Below the pieces are notes generated by a model that searched no databases, was not told the DNA's origin, and worked only from the letters and a program-made list of their open reading frames with translations. DNA of 64,000 nucleotides, from IMG/VR virus record IMGVR_UViG_3300044633_001982; one strand, 5' to 3'. Below, piece by piece: positions 45,511 through 55,607 of this stretch (positions are counted from its first letter, which is position 1; each line of letters begins with the position of its first letter). The translations under genes and the position numbers were made by a program. This stretch comes from a virus (Duplodnaviria; Caudoviricetes).

Positions 45511-46347
45511 TTATTTTAAAATATTATTAACTTTTCTTAGTTTTTTTGCAATTGGTTTTTCAGTTTCGTATACCACTTTAACACCATCTCCCATAATTGA
45601 CTCAATTTTTCTAATTCCTGAAACTAATTCCTCAGAGTGTTCAATTGACGCCGCTTGGTCTGAACCATACATAGTTCTATCTTTTGTAATATGATACTCA
45701 ATACATTCAGAGCCTATTGATACTGCCGCAAAACAAGGAATTAATCCACTTGCGTGATTTGAAAAACCTATTTTATAATTTGGGTATTTTTGTTTTAAAG
45801 TTTTAATATAGTTAATATTAAGTTCTTCATCTTTAGTTGGATAGGTACTTGTACACGCCAATACGTACTCAACATTTTTTAAAATGGAAAGTGCCATATT
45901 AATTTCTTCTTCAGTTGACATCCCTGTTGAAACAATTACAGGTTTTCCTGTCTCATTAATACCATTTAAAAATTCTCTGTCGGTTAATAAGGCGGACGCT
46001 ATTTTATGGTACTTAACGTTACAATTTTCATTTATCAATTTTAAACTATTTAAATCCCAACATGAGACAATAAAATCCAAACCTAAATTATTAGAAAACG
46101 ATTCTAAAATTTTGTATTGTTCAATACTAAATTCTAAACCCATTTTTTGTTCACGATTAGTTGTCCCCCAAGGAGATTCTCTATATGCATCTAATTCTTC
46201 TTTAGTATATACTGAGTCAATATCTCTTTTTTGAAATTTGACTGCATCACATCCTGATGATTGTGCTTTAATAATTAATTCTTTGGCCAAATCTAAATCA
46301 CCATTATGATTAATTCCGATTTCTGCAATAATGTACGTTTTTTTCAT
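45511..46347 (-). CDS. neuB: N-acetylneuraminate synthase family protein (short, no AFP-like domain)
   Basis: IIAEIGINHNGD, DAVKFQKR, KIASA, STGM, CTSTYP, GFSNH, IEYHIT; start moved to ATG 46347. Confidence 0.9.
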   Translation of the reverse strand: MKKTYIIAEIGINHNGDLDLAKELIIKAQSSGCDAVKFQKRDIDSVYTKEELDAYRESPWGTTNREQKMGLEFSIEQYKILESFSNNLGLDFIVSCWDLNSLKLINENCNVKYHKIASALLTDREFLNGINETGKPVIVSTGMSTEEEINMALSILKNVEYVLACTSTYPTKDEELNINYIKTLKQKYPNYKIGFSNHASGLIPCFAAVSIGSECIEYHITKDRTMYGSDQAASIEHSEELVSGIRKIESIMGDGVKVVYETEKPIAKKLRKVNNILK

Positions 46348-46370
46348 TTTATTTGTTTTTTTTATTTTTA

Positions 46371-46949
46371 TTATTTTTTGAAAATTTGAGATTCGACTAA
46401 TTCTAATATTGTATGACCTAAAATCATATGACACTCTTGTATTCTTGCGGTATCATTTGAAGGAATGATAATTGATATATCTGAAATATCTTTAATTTCT
46501 CCCCCATCATTACCCAAAAAAGAAATAACGTGACCAAGTTCATTTTCAATAGATTTAATTGCCTTTATTACATTTTTAGATTTACCTGAAGTTGAGAATG
46601 ATATTAACACATCACCTTCATTAAAAGATGATTTAATCTCTCTTGAAAAGATTTCATCATATGAGTAGTCATTTGCTACTGCAGTTAAATATGAAAAATT
46701 AGAACCTAATAAAACAACTTCTAAAGGGTTCCTATCAAAATAGAATCGACCACTTAATTCCGCAGATAAATGTTGTGCATCTGAAAAACTACCACCATTA
46801 CCACAAAAATAAACTTTGTTACCTCTACCGTAACATTCGATTATTTTATTTGCAACTAACTCAATATTTTTTAACATGTTAACATCGTTTAAAATATTTT
46901 GTTTAAGTTCAATAGATTTTTTAATATTTTTAATAATTTTTTCTACCAT
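46371..46949 (-). CDS. gmhA: Sedoheptulose-7-phosphate isomerase (SIS)
   Basis: CGNGGSFSDAQHLSAEL.GRF, TAVANDY, FSTSGKSKNV, TARIQECH. Confidence 0.9.
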   Translation of the reverse strand: MVEKIIKNIKKSIELKQNILNDVNMLKNIELVANKIIECYGRGNKVYFCGNGGSFSDAQHLSAELSGRFYFDRNPLEVVLLGSNFSYLTAVANDYSYDEIFSREIKSSFNEGDVLISFSTSGKSKNVIKAIKSIENELGHVISFLGNDGGEIKDISDISIIIPSNDTARIQECHMILGHTILELVESQIFKK

Positions 46950-46953
46950 TTTT

Positions 46954-47841
46954 TTATTTTTGACAAATTGAAATTATTGTATCTGTTAAATTATTTTTAT
47001 TTAAAATTTTAAAATACTCTCGGTCAATTGACCCCCCATTAATCTCTTTAAAAATATTTTGACCACCTGGTTTACCGTCCTTTAACCAATATAAATGATT
47101 TGATAACCCATATCTTTGTAAACCATTTATTTTTATATTTTTAAATCCTGAGATTTTTAAATATTTTTTTAAACTGTTCTTTGTGTGAAGAATTAAATGT
47201 TCACTCCAAAAAGTATATTCTTTAAATGATTCCAAATTATACAATGTAATCAAAGCGTCATTTGCATTTGGTACTTCAATTATCAAATACCCATCAGGAT
47301 TAAGTATTGTATGTATTTTTTCTAAAATTTCAAGTGGGTTAGGAACATGTTCAAAAACATGAAATAAAGTAATTACGTCAAATTTTATATTATTATTAAT
47401 AATTTCTTCAATTGATTCAAATATGGTATAATTTAATTTTCTTAAATTATCTGCGATATTTTTTTGTGGCTCTAAACCACTAACATTGGTTGTCACTTGT
47501 TTTGCCATATCTAATACTCCACCTAAACCACACCCAAAATCTAAATAAGATTTATTTTCAATAAGATGGGATATTGATTTAAATCTTCTAATATCATCTC
47601 CGTATGTCAGTTCTAAAGCTTCATCTCTAGTTTTAGATTCCCAATATGAAAAATTTTCCATTTCTGTATAATGCTCATTTGATACGTGGTCTAAATTTTT
47701 AAGAAAAATAACTCCTGATTTTTTACACCTCATTACAGGTATGTTTTTGTTATCCCTTACATATGGATAAAATTCCTCAATCTTATTTTTATCGATTATT
47801 TTAAGGTCTATTAATTCTAAATATAAATTATTGTTTACCAT
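46954..47841 (-). CDS. Class I SAM-dependent methyltransferase
   Basis: YLDFGCGLGG, FDVITLFHVFEHV, GYLIIEVPN. Confidence 0.85.
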   Translation of the reverse strand: MVNNNLYLELIDLKIIDKNKIEEFYPYVRDNKNIPVMRCKKSGVIFLKNLDHVSNEHYTEMENFSYWESKTRDEALELTYGDDIRRFKSISHLIENKSYLDFGCGLGGVLDMAKQVTTNVSGLEPQKNIADNLRKLNYTIFESIEEIINNNIKFDVITLFHVFEHVPNPLEILEKIHTILNPDGYLIIEVPNANDALITLYNLESFKEYTFWSEHLILHTKNSLKKYLKISGFKNIKINGLQRYGLSNHLYWLKDGKPGGQNIFKEINGGSIDREYFKILNKNNLTDTIISICQK

Positions 47842-48653
47842 ACTGTTTTACCTCCATCAATTATTAAATTAGTTCCTGTCATATAAGAACTCGCGTCAGA
47901 ACACATAAAAACAATTGCCCCTTTGTATTCGTCAATATGGGCCATTCTTCCCATTGGGATAATATTACTTAGTTTATTTACAAAATCAATAGGATGGTCA
48001 TTATACACACCTGTTGGGCTTAAACAATTGACTCTTATATTGTTTTTTGCGAAATAAGTTGATAAGTATTTTGTCATCCCGACTACCGCCCATTTAGCTG
48101 CGGAATATGTTATTGGTTTAACGTTCTGTTCTTCTTCTTTTTTTGACTCATCACGATATATTCTTTGGTCAGGAGCAATTACACCTAAATCTGATGAAAT
48201 ATTTAAAACAACTCCCCCTCCTGTTTTTAACATCTTATTACAAATAACTTGAGAAGTCATAAACGTTCCATTTATAATTGCATCAATCCCTTCTTTAAAG
48301 TAAGATTCACTCATAACCTCAAATCTTGTTTCAGGAGTTAAACTATTATCATCTTTTGTTACCTTTGGGTCTTTAGCCGCATTATTAATTAATATGTCAA
48401 TTCTATCATATTTTTCACTAACAACTTCAATAGTGTCTTTTTTAGTGACATCCATATATTCTATACTGATATTTTCTATACCATATTTTTCTGAAAGATA
48501 CTGATACTTTTCTTTTAAATTATCCATATTAACATCTGTCAAAATTACTTTTGCTCCATACTCTAAGAGAGCTTCGGCGTGTTTTGGACCCAATAAACCA
48601 CCAGCACCTGTTATAAGTGCAATTTTACCATCTAAATCAAATAAGTTTCTCAT
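47835..48653 (-). CDS. SDR oxidoreductase
   Basis: ALITGAGGLLG, LINNAA, NISS..G, YSAAK, RVNCLSP, TGTNLIIDGG. Confidence 0.9.
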   Translation of the reverse strand: MRNLFDLDGKIALITGAGGLLGPKHAEALLEYGAKVILTDVNMDNLKEKYQYLSEKYGIENISIEYMDVTKKDTIEVVSEKYDRIDILINNAAKDPKVTKDDNSLTPETRFEVMSESYFKEGIDAIINGTFMTSQVICNKMLKTGGGVVLNISSDLGVIAPDQRIYRDESKKEEEQNVKPITYSAAKWAVVGMTKYLSTYFAKNNIRVNCLSPTGVYNDHPIDFVNKLSNIIPMGRMAHIDEYKGAIVFMCSDASSYMTGTNLIIDGGKTVW

Positions 48654-49420
48654 ATAATTTTATTAATTTTTTTTAACGTTTCGGATATGTAATTTACTTC
48701 GTTACATTCAACTTCTCTCGCGAGTTGTAAAATTACATTTTCATTATAGTTAATTTTTTTTAATATTTCAAATATTACTTTAAAATTTGTATCCCCAAAT
48801 CCAAACAATTTTGTTTCTCCTTGATAATTTCTATCTTTAATGTGAATATTTTTAATTTTATTACCAAAATACTGTATTAATTCTTGGTGATTAATATTTT
48901 CTTTATAAAAAGATGTAAAATTACCAGTGTCGTAGGTAATAAAAAAATTATCCATTCTATTCACAATTTTCATAACAATTTCTTTTTTACATTCAAATTC
49001 AAAACAAAAATCTATGTTTGGATATTTTACTGAAATAGGTACAAAATTCTTTAAAAATTTATATCTAATTGATATATCAGTAACTGAACTATCCTCAAGT
49101 AAAGGAATGACAACTTTTTTAATTTTTAATTCAGTCATTCTATTTAAAACAGGAATTAAATTTTTATTTAAAAATTTTTTTTTATAAAAATTTGTGTTAA
49201 CCATAGTGTCGACACATACGGATAAAATATTTTTAGGAAGATTATTATTAGTAAAAAATGGATTGGTTAAATTATCTTTTGGGGTAATTAACCACTCAAT
49301 ACCTGATATACCAATATGTTTAATATGATTAAATTCATTTTCCCAAGTATCTATTGGAAACTCTTGCATTTTATTATCGATAGGTTTACTTAACCTACCC
49401 TGTAATATCCCAATTTTCAT
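48650..49420 (-). CDS. Sugar-phosphate isomerase/epimerase (xylose-isomerase-like TIM barrel)
   Basis: GILQGRLS, FEFE, YDTGN, IHIKDR, LQ; xylose-isomerase-like metal-ligand pattern. Confidence 0.75.
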   Translation of the reverse strand: MKIGILQGRLSKPIDNKMQEFPIDTWENEFNHIKHIGISGIEWLITPKDNLTNPFFTNNNLPKNILSVCVDTMVNTNFYKKKFLNKNLIPVLNRMTELKIKKVVIPLLEDSSVTDISIRYKFLKNFVPISVKYPNIDFCFEFECKKEIVMKIVNRMDNFFITYDTGNFTSFYKENINHQELIQYFGNKIKNIHIKDRNYQGETKLFGFGDTNFKVIFEILKKINYNENVILQLAREVECNEVNYISETLKKINKII

Positions 49421-49830
49421 AATAACTCAACAAATTCAATTATATTATTTTCAGGGTCTTTTGCGAAAAAAACTTTAACGGTTTTTTCATCTGAAATTAT
49501 TGGATTATTTATCACTGATAAACCATTGTCTATCATTATTTTGTGTAAATTTTCAGAATCTTTTACTGTTAGTGCGAAATGAGTATACCCATTAGAAAAC
49601 AAATTTTTTTCAATTAACTCACAATTTTTAAAAAATAAAAGTTCAACAATTGTAGAGTTATCTTTACCTAACTTAATAATTCTTGGGGACAATTCTTTAG
49701 AATTTAATATATGGTTTAAAAAGTGTCCACTTTCAATTTTATCATACATTATATCTAATCCTAAAATTTTATGATAGAACCAAATCATTCTATCGATATC
49801 ATTTACTACAATTCCAACGTGTCTAAACAT
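49417..49830 (-). CDS. VOC/glyoxalase family protein
   Basis: RHVGIVV.D, VELL, THFALTV, FFAKDPENNIIE. Confidence 0.85.
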   Translation of the reverse strand: MFRHVGIVVNDIDRMIWFYHKILGLDIMYDKIESGHFLNHILNSKELSPRIIKLGKDNSTIVELLFFKNCELIEKNLFSNGYTHFALTVKDSENLHKIMIDNGLSVINNPIISDEKTVKVFFAKDPENNIIEFVELL

Positions 49831-51143
49831 TCTATTAAACTTTCTTTTAATACGTTAATACCTTCAATTAGTGCGTCATCTGAAATAGTAAGTGGGGGAC
49901 CTATTTTTAATGTCCCTGATTGAGTTCTAATTGATAACAATCCTTTTCTCATTGCAATTTCAATTAGTCTATCAACAAAATCAATATTATTACCGTCAGG
50001 TGATTCTATAAAAACTCCAGCTAACAAACCTTGGCAATTTACTTTCTTAACGTATTTTGACATTTGATGTTTCCATTCTAATAACTCAGACTCCATTAAT
50101 TTGCCCTTCCTCATTGATTCATTAATTAAATCATTTTCAATAAGGAATTTAACAGAGGCCTCAGACGCCGCAACCGCAACTGGATTCCCACCGTGAGTAC
50201 TATTATAAGACATATCAGTATTAATAATTTTATTGTTTGTTATGACACAAGATAGTGGTAATGACGATGAAATGCCTTTAGCACAAACAATAATATCAGG
50301 AATAATTTCAAAATGTTCATATGCAAAAAGTTTACCAGTTCTACCAAATCCTGATTGAATTTCATCTATGATTAATAAAACTTCATTTTTGGTACACCAT
50401 TCTCTTAGTAATTGTATGTATTCTTTAGACGCAAATTCCGCGGACCATCCTTGATATGGTTCCATTATGACTGCGGAATACTCATTAGGGTTGAGGTCTT
50501 TAAAATATTTTTCAAATAATTCTTTAGGAGATAAATTTTCATTTTTTATTGTGATTGAGTCAGGGTATGGTAAATGTGTTACGTAAGTTTTAACAGGTAT
50601 CCATTCTTGTGATTTGAATTTTCCCCCAACCATTGCGGAACCCATTGTTTTACCGTGATAACCATTATTAAATGAAATAACTTTGTTCTTATGGTTATAC
50701 TTAATTGACATCTTAATTGCACATTCAACTGATTCAGAGCCAGTTGATAAAAATAAAACCTTATCAAATTTTTCAGGGGTTATTTCAACAAGTAGTTTTG
50801 AAAACTCAGACCTTTCTTTTGTTGGGTAGTAGTAGGCGTTCAATAAGTTCCTATTTGTTTTTGAGATAATCGCCTCTTTTACTTTAGGGTTTGAGTGACC
50901 AACATTTGTAACAAATATTGAAGATGTAAAATCAATCCATTTATTACCTGAAACATCATAAACCGAATAATCAAGTGCCGAATCCCAAACAATTGGTAAT
51001 TGGTCATTCATTGAATTAGGTTCGTAATTAATACAATCCTGTATTATTTTGATAGTTTCCGGTGATGGAATTTTAGTTTGAATACATCTATTTTTTGTTT
51101 TTATTTTTACACATTCTATTGGGGTTTTTGAAAACTCATACAT
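49806..51143 (-). CDS. Class III PLP aminotransferase
   Basis: DVSGNKWIDF, NVGHSNP, STGSESVE, MEPYQG, DEIQSGFGRTG, AKGISS, STHGGNP. Confidence 0.9.
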   Translation of the reverse strand: MYEFSKTPIECVKIKTKNRCIQTKIPSPETIKIIQDCINYEPNSMNDQLPIVWDSALDYSVYDVSGNKWIDFTSSIFVTNVGHSNPKVKEAIISKTNRNLLNAYYYPTKERSEFSKLLVEITPEKFDKVLFLSTGSESVECAIKMSIKYNHKNKVISFNNGYHGKTMGSAMVGGKFKSQEWIPVKTYVTHLPYPDSITIKNENLSPKELFEKYFKDLNPNEYSAVIMEPYQGWSAEFASKEYIQLLREWCTKNEVLLIIDEIQSGFGRTGKLFAYEHFEIIPDIIVCAKGISSSLPLSCVITNNKIINTDMSYNSTHGGNPVAVAASEASVKFLIENDLINESMRKGKLMESELLEWKHQMSKYVKKVNCQGLLAGVFIESPDGNNIDFVDRLIEIAMRKGLLSIRTQSGTLKIGPPLTISDDALIEGINVLKESLIECLDTLEL

Positions 51144-51822
51144 ATTTTTTATTTTTAATTAGATATTCAATATACTCAAAATCTTCTATTGTGTCAATTT
51201 CTTGAGTTAAATTTGTTACATAAGAATATATTTTTTTCCCGTATAAGTTATCCCCTTTCATAAAAATTTCTGGTTTTACAATATCAATATAACCATTAGG
51301 GACATATGTTTTTGGATACGATTGTCTAGGATTATTTTGGTCCATATTTTCTACTATTGGATACCATAGTCCTCTTTTTTTAATAAAAAATTTATACGCG
51401 GATTCAGACATTTCATGTCCTGACCTAAGACTTGTAACCAAATGTTTATTTTTTTCAAATTCAAAAATTGCATCATCTAAAATATGTGGTTTTATAAGAG
51501 GGGTTGTGGCTCTTAAATGAACAATTGGGGAATTTATATTGGTAACATTACAAAAATGTTTAAATGCATCAATATCTAAAGAATTATCTTGACATAGTTC
51601 TAAAGGTCTATCAATAATTTTTACTCCATATGATAAAGAAATTTTTTTAATATCCTGACAATCTGTTGAGACATAAATTTCATTAATGTTACTTGTTTTT
51701 TTGGCGGCTTCAATTACGTAACCAATTAGTGGAACTCCATTTAATTCTTTAATATTTTTTTGAGGGACACCCTTACTTCCGCCCCGAGCTAAAATTAAAC
51801 AAACCATATTATTTTTCCGCAA
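51136..51822 (-). CDS. neuA: CMP-nonulosonic acid synthetase (acylneuraminate cytidylyltransferase)
   Basis: ILARGGSKGVPQKNI, VSTD, RPLEL..D, LRATTP, EIDTIEDF. Confidence 0.9.
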   Translation of the reverse strand: MRKNNMVCLILARGGSKGVPQKNIKELNGVPLIGYVIEAAKKTSNINEIYVSTDCQDIKKISLSYGVKIIDRPLELCQDNSLDIDAFKHFCNVTNINSPIVHLRATTPLIKPHILDDAIFEFEKNKHLVTSLRSGHEMSESAYKFFIKKRGLWYPIVENMDQNNPRQSYPKTYVPNGYIDIVKPEIFMKGDNLYGKKIYSYVTNLTQEIDTIEDFEYIEYLIKNKKYV

Positions 51823-52603
51823 TTATAATAAATTCAGTACCATCACAATTAAATTCACCTAACTCCCAATCTTGAAAAAAGATAATATTTTTAAAACCAA
51901 CCGACAACAACAAATTTTTTATTTGTTCTTTATTATAAATTTTTAAAATTACCGACGAATTACTCTTTTTATTTTCATCCCTTGAAATAAATGTTTTATC
52001 CCACGTTAAAAAATTATTTGAGTCGTCAAATTTACAATCCCAAAGAGAATATTGCCATGGGTCAGGATAATCAAACTCATCCCAAATTTTACCACCCATT
52101 TTAATAGAATCTAAAATTTTTTTACACCCATCGAGTTCAATTATTATCTTACCATTTTTTTTCAAAGTTTCATAAACATCCTTTAATAATTTAATTTCAA
52201 AACCTTCGGATATTGGTTCACAAAACTGAAAAGATAAATCTGACATATAACATAAATCAATATTAGAAAAATTATATTTTTTTAAATTTAAAAAATTATC
52301 ACATATATTTTTAACATTTTCTATGTTTAAATCACGTCTCCAATTTTCCGCAAAATTAAATCTGTCTTCACTTATTTCAAATCCGTACCCAAAATTGAGT
52401 AAATTTTTTAAATTCAAATTATATAATAATTTTGAATTACCTGAACCCAATTCTAAAATATTAATTTTTTCTTTAAAAAAAGAATTTATAAATTTTAAAT
52501 TTTTTTCACAATCGTTTAATTTATTTTGACGATATTTTTCCATTTCGTTTTTATCGTAAAATATTTCATACCCATTATAAGCTGTTAAATTTTTGTGTGA
52601 CAT
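51809..52603 (-). CDS. Class I SAM-dependent methyltransferase
   Basis: ILELGSGNSK, GFEIS, LKKNGKIIIE. Confidence 0.75.
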   Translation of the reverse strand: MSHKNLTAYNGYEIFYDKNEMEKYRQNKLNDCEKNLKFINSFFKEKINILELGSGNSKLLYNLNLKNLLNFGYGFEISEDRFNFAENWRRDLNIENVKNICDNFLNLKKYNFSNIDLCYMSDLSFQFCEPISEGFEIKLLKDVYETLKKNGKIIIELDGCKKILDSIKMGGKIWDEFDYPDPWQYSLWDCKFDDSNNFLTWDKTFISRDENKKSNSSVILKIYNKEQIKNLLLSVGFKNIIFFQDWELGEFNCDGTEFIIIAEK

Positions 52604-52606
52604 TTT

Positions 52607-53344
52607 TTATAAGATATTAGAAGTATTAAAAATTTTCTTTAAATGAGACATATCACTTAGATTTTGAATCTCGACATTTATTTTTTCGGCACTTTGTTTA
52701 ATTATTTCAAAATCGGTTAATATCTCATCAAGATGAGGATTAAAACTTGAGTAGTTGGTAAAGTCTGGTGAAACATACCCTAATGAGTAGTTTAACTCAA
52801 CTCCACAAATATATATTTTTTTACACCCAAGTAATATCGCTAAAGCCAACATGTGTACCGCAACTGTACTACCTGTACTATATATTTTTTCGTAATTTGT
52901 ATAATTTTTTAATAATTCTTGTATTGTTAAAAATTTTGGATTTAAATTATGACATTTATTTGGACAATTAGTACAAGTTTCTCCATTAAAATGTCTTTGG
53001 TCATATCTAAAGTAGTTCGTGTCTACATTTTCAACTATCCATTCCCAAGGGGTGGTGTCAACAGAATCGGCATGTACAACAGTAGTATTTGGAAATTTTT
53101 TAAAAGTTTCTACCATTGAATGTATAGTTTGGTGGGAATTTGCAAAAACCCAATAATTAGGGACTATTTTTGTCATAATGTTAATTTCATTACAACAAAT
53201 TTTAATGTAATCATTATTACTTTCTAAAATGTTTAAATAATTCCCCAAAGAAGGTCCTGTACCACAGATTATTGCCGTTTTACCAACTTCTTTATTAATT
53301 AATTTTGAAATATCTTGATTAGTCATTGTAGTATAATAATCCAT
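52607..53344 (-). CDS. Maf/DUF115-like putative nonulosonic-acid transferase
   Basis: TAIICGTGPSL, CCNE, STVAVHMLALAILLGCKKIYICGVEL. Confidence 0.7.
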   Translation of the reverse strand: MDYYTTMTNQDISKLINKEVGKTAIICGTGPSLGNYLNILESNNDYIKICCNEINIMTKIVPNYWVFANSHQTIHSMVETFKKFPNTTVVHADSVDTTPWEWIVENVDTNYFRYDQRHFNGETCTNCPNKCHNLNPKFLTIQELLKNYTNYEKIYSTGSTVAVHMLALAILLGCKKIYICGVELNYSLGYVSPDFTNYSSFNPHLDEILTDFEIIKQSAEKINVEIQNLSDMSHLKKIFNTSNIL

Positions 53345-54149
53345 TATTAAATTTTACATTTATTTTTTTCCACTCATTTTCATACACATTATTAAATTCT
53401 TTTTCACCTCTTGGGCCAAACCAAATATTAGGGACAAAAACTTTGTTATCTTTATTTTGGTTTAAAAAAGACCCCCACCAAGAAAAAGATGAGTTTGACA
53501 TTATATTATTTTTACAAAGACTAATCATCCATAGGTCTTCATAATCGTCATTATCTTCAACAAATATAACTTTATCAGATTTAATATTATTTTTTACCCA
53601 AGTAAAATCATCTGAAAAAATAAAAAATGTTTCAGTTTCAGGTAAAAGACTCATACAGTGTTTAATATATGAAATATCTATAACTGGTAGTATATCAGAT
53701 ATTGTTAGATAATCACCTCTTCTAATATGAATTGATGTCGTATTATTAGATAATAATTGAGGGTATTTTTTAAATATTTTTTCTTTAAATTCTTCAGAAG
53801 GTAAGAATAAATCAATTATTTCTTTGTCATACCCTAAAAAATTTTTACTACTTTGAAAATACCCATTAAACCCAACTGACTCGTCCCAATTAAAATTCAA
53901 GTTAGGTTCATTCCAACTATACTCACTAACTATTTTTTTAACATTTATATTATTAACAAAATTAATTTTTTTAAAAATATTATTAATATAATGTGTGGGT
54001 TGTTTTGCTTTACCCATTGGGGTGTATGCTTGTGGTAAAAAAACCGATGGTATTTTATTTTTTAACCCCTGAGAATACGAATGTGCAATTTGAAACATTT
54101 GGTTACCTAAACCTCCTTGTAACAATGCGGTAGATATTATATTATCCAT
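53319..54149 (-). CDS. GT11 alpha-1,2-fucosyl/colitosyltransferase
   Basis: LQGGLGNQMFQ, GYFQS, SIHIRRGDY, FSDD, NSSFSWWG. Confidence 0.92.
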   Translation of the reverse strand: MDNIISTALLQGGLGNQMFQIAHSYSQGLKNKIPSVFLPQAYTPMGKAKQPTHYINNIFKKINFVNNINVKKIVSEYSWNEPNLNFNWDESVGFNGYFQSSKNFLGYDKEIIDLFLPSEEFKEKIFKKYPQLLSNNTTSIHIRRGDYLTISDILPVIDISYIKHCMSLLPETETFFIFSDDFTWVKNNIKSDKVIFVEDNDDYEDLWMISLCKNNIMSNSSFSWWGSFLNQNKDNKVFVPNIWFGPRGEKEFNNVYENEWKKINVKFNNGLLYYND

Positions 54150-54957
54150 TAGTTTTTAATTTATTATAAATTATTGAGTCAGGTAAAATGTAAGATTTAG
54201 ATTTTTCGTAATTTTCAATTACAAAAGGTAACATTTTTTCATATAAATCTTTATTACAACTTGTTAAAATATCTTCTATTTCTTCTATTTTGTCAAAACA
54301 AATCATTCCTTTAGTGTTAAAAAAATCACCAATCGATGGACACCCCCAATAAATCGGGATAGTCCCAGTTGTAAAACAGTCTATTAATTTTTCAGTAAAC
54401 CAGTAATCTCTTTTACAGTTTTCAATTACTATTGAAAATCTATAATCTTTTAAACCTTCTATTTTTCTATCAATTGGTGAATAACCTCTACCATAAACAT
54501 CCATTTTATCTTTATATCTATCTATAACCAAATGACGTAATTGATGTCCGTCAGTTTGTCTTTTATTTGAAGATATAATTGATATGTCTTTTGATTTTTT
54601 ATAAACTTTTTGTTGTTCAGGGTCAATCCAACAACATCCAAAAGGTACTAATTCAAAATTCTTATTTAAATCAAGTAATGATTTTTCATGTGTAAAAACT
54701 TTATTAAAATTTTGGTGATTATTTAAAATATAGTTGTAGGTATTTGAGTTAATACACATTGGTTCAATTAACCAAGCATAGTTTTTTTCATAATTATCTA
54801 TTTTTTCATGTCCTAACATGAAATCTGTATATACACATGGAATACTTGAGTCTAAATTTGACCTATCCCAAAAAAACCTATTGTCTTTTTGAAAATCGCT
54901 ACAATAACCCAATACGCTATGTGAAAAAGTAATATCTTTTAAATTTATTTTATCCAT
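54142..54957 (-). CDS. GT10-like fucosyltransferase
   Basis: YRFSIVIEN...WFTEKLIDCF..GTIPIYWG. Confidence 0.8.
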   Translation of the reverse strand: MDKINLKDITFSHSVLGYCSDFQKDNRFFWDRSNLDSSIPCVYTDFMLGHEKIDNYEKNYAWLIEPMCINSNTYNYILNNHQNFNKVFTHEKSLLDLNKNFELVPFGCCWIDPEQQKVYKKSKDISIISSNKRQTDGHQLRHLVIDRYKDKMDVYGRGYSPIDRKIEGLKDYRFSIVIENCKRDYWFTEKLIDCFTTGTIPIYWGCPSIGDFFNTKGMICFDKIEEIEDILTSCNKDLYEKMLPFVIENYEKSKSYILPDSIIYNKLKTNG

Positions 54958-54959
54958 AA

Positions 54960-55607
54960 TTATTTTTTTAACAAATAGTCATAATTTACAATGTGTTCTT
55001 GTATGTCAGAATAATCTTGAATTTGCCAAGTTAAATGAGGTCTAATACAATAACAATTTAATTTTGGTTGTAATAAAGATAAATAAAAATCGGCAGCTAC
55101 TGATGGTTTAAAAGATACTTTTTTATCTAATACCTTATTAACTTTATCTTCTAAAAAATCTATAATTGTGTCGTATGATTTTGAATTAACTGCATACATT
55201 TGTAATGCATAAGTGTGAGACAATTTAAAAATGTTTTCGGAAATTTGTTTAATTGGACCTTGGTGGTTTCCACCAAAATATATAAGGTCCCAATCTTCAG
55301 GAATCTGAGGAATAATTGATTCAAATTTTTCAGAAATATTTGAATCAAATTCAACGTCATCTTCGTATATTAAAACGTTCTTTAAATTTAACTCTTTCGC
55401 CATTTTAATCACATTTAAATGAGATATGGTACCCCCTAATTCAGATGAATGAGGATATGGTAATGTTAAAGTTTTACCATCAAATGCGGAATACCTTTCA
55501 GCAACAATTCCAAAATCATTAAATTTTTTAGTAATAGTCGTCCATCTGTCTTGTCTTCTGTCTAAATTTATACAAAAGGATTTGGAAAAAAAATTGTTTA
55601 AAATCAT
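54960..55607 (-). CDS. GT25 glycosyltransferase
   Basis: FCINLDRRQDRW, RYSAFDG, G...SH, VLIYEDD, WDLIYFG. Confidence 0.88.
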   Translation of the reverse strand: MILNNFFSKSFCINLDRRQDRWTTITKKFNDFGIVAERYSAFDGKTLTLPYPHSSELGGTISHLNVIKMAKELNLKNVLIYEDDVEFDSNISEKFESIIPQIPEDWDLIYFGGNHQGPIKQISENIFKLSHTYALQMYAVNSKSYDTIIDFLEDKVNKVLDKKVSFKPSVAADFYLSLLQPKLNCYCIRPHLTWQIQDYSDIQEHIVNYDYLLKK

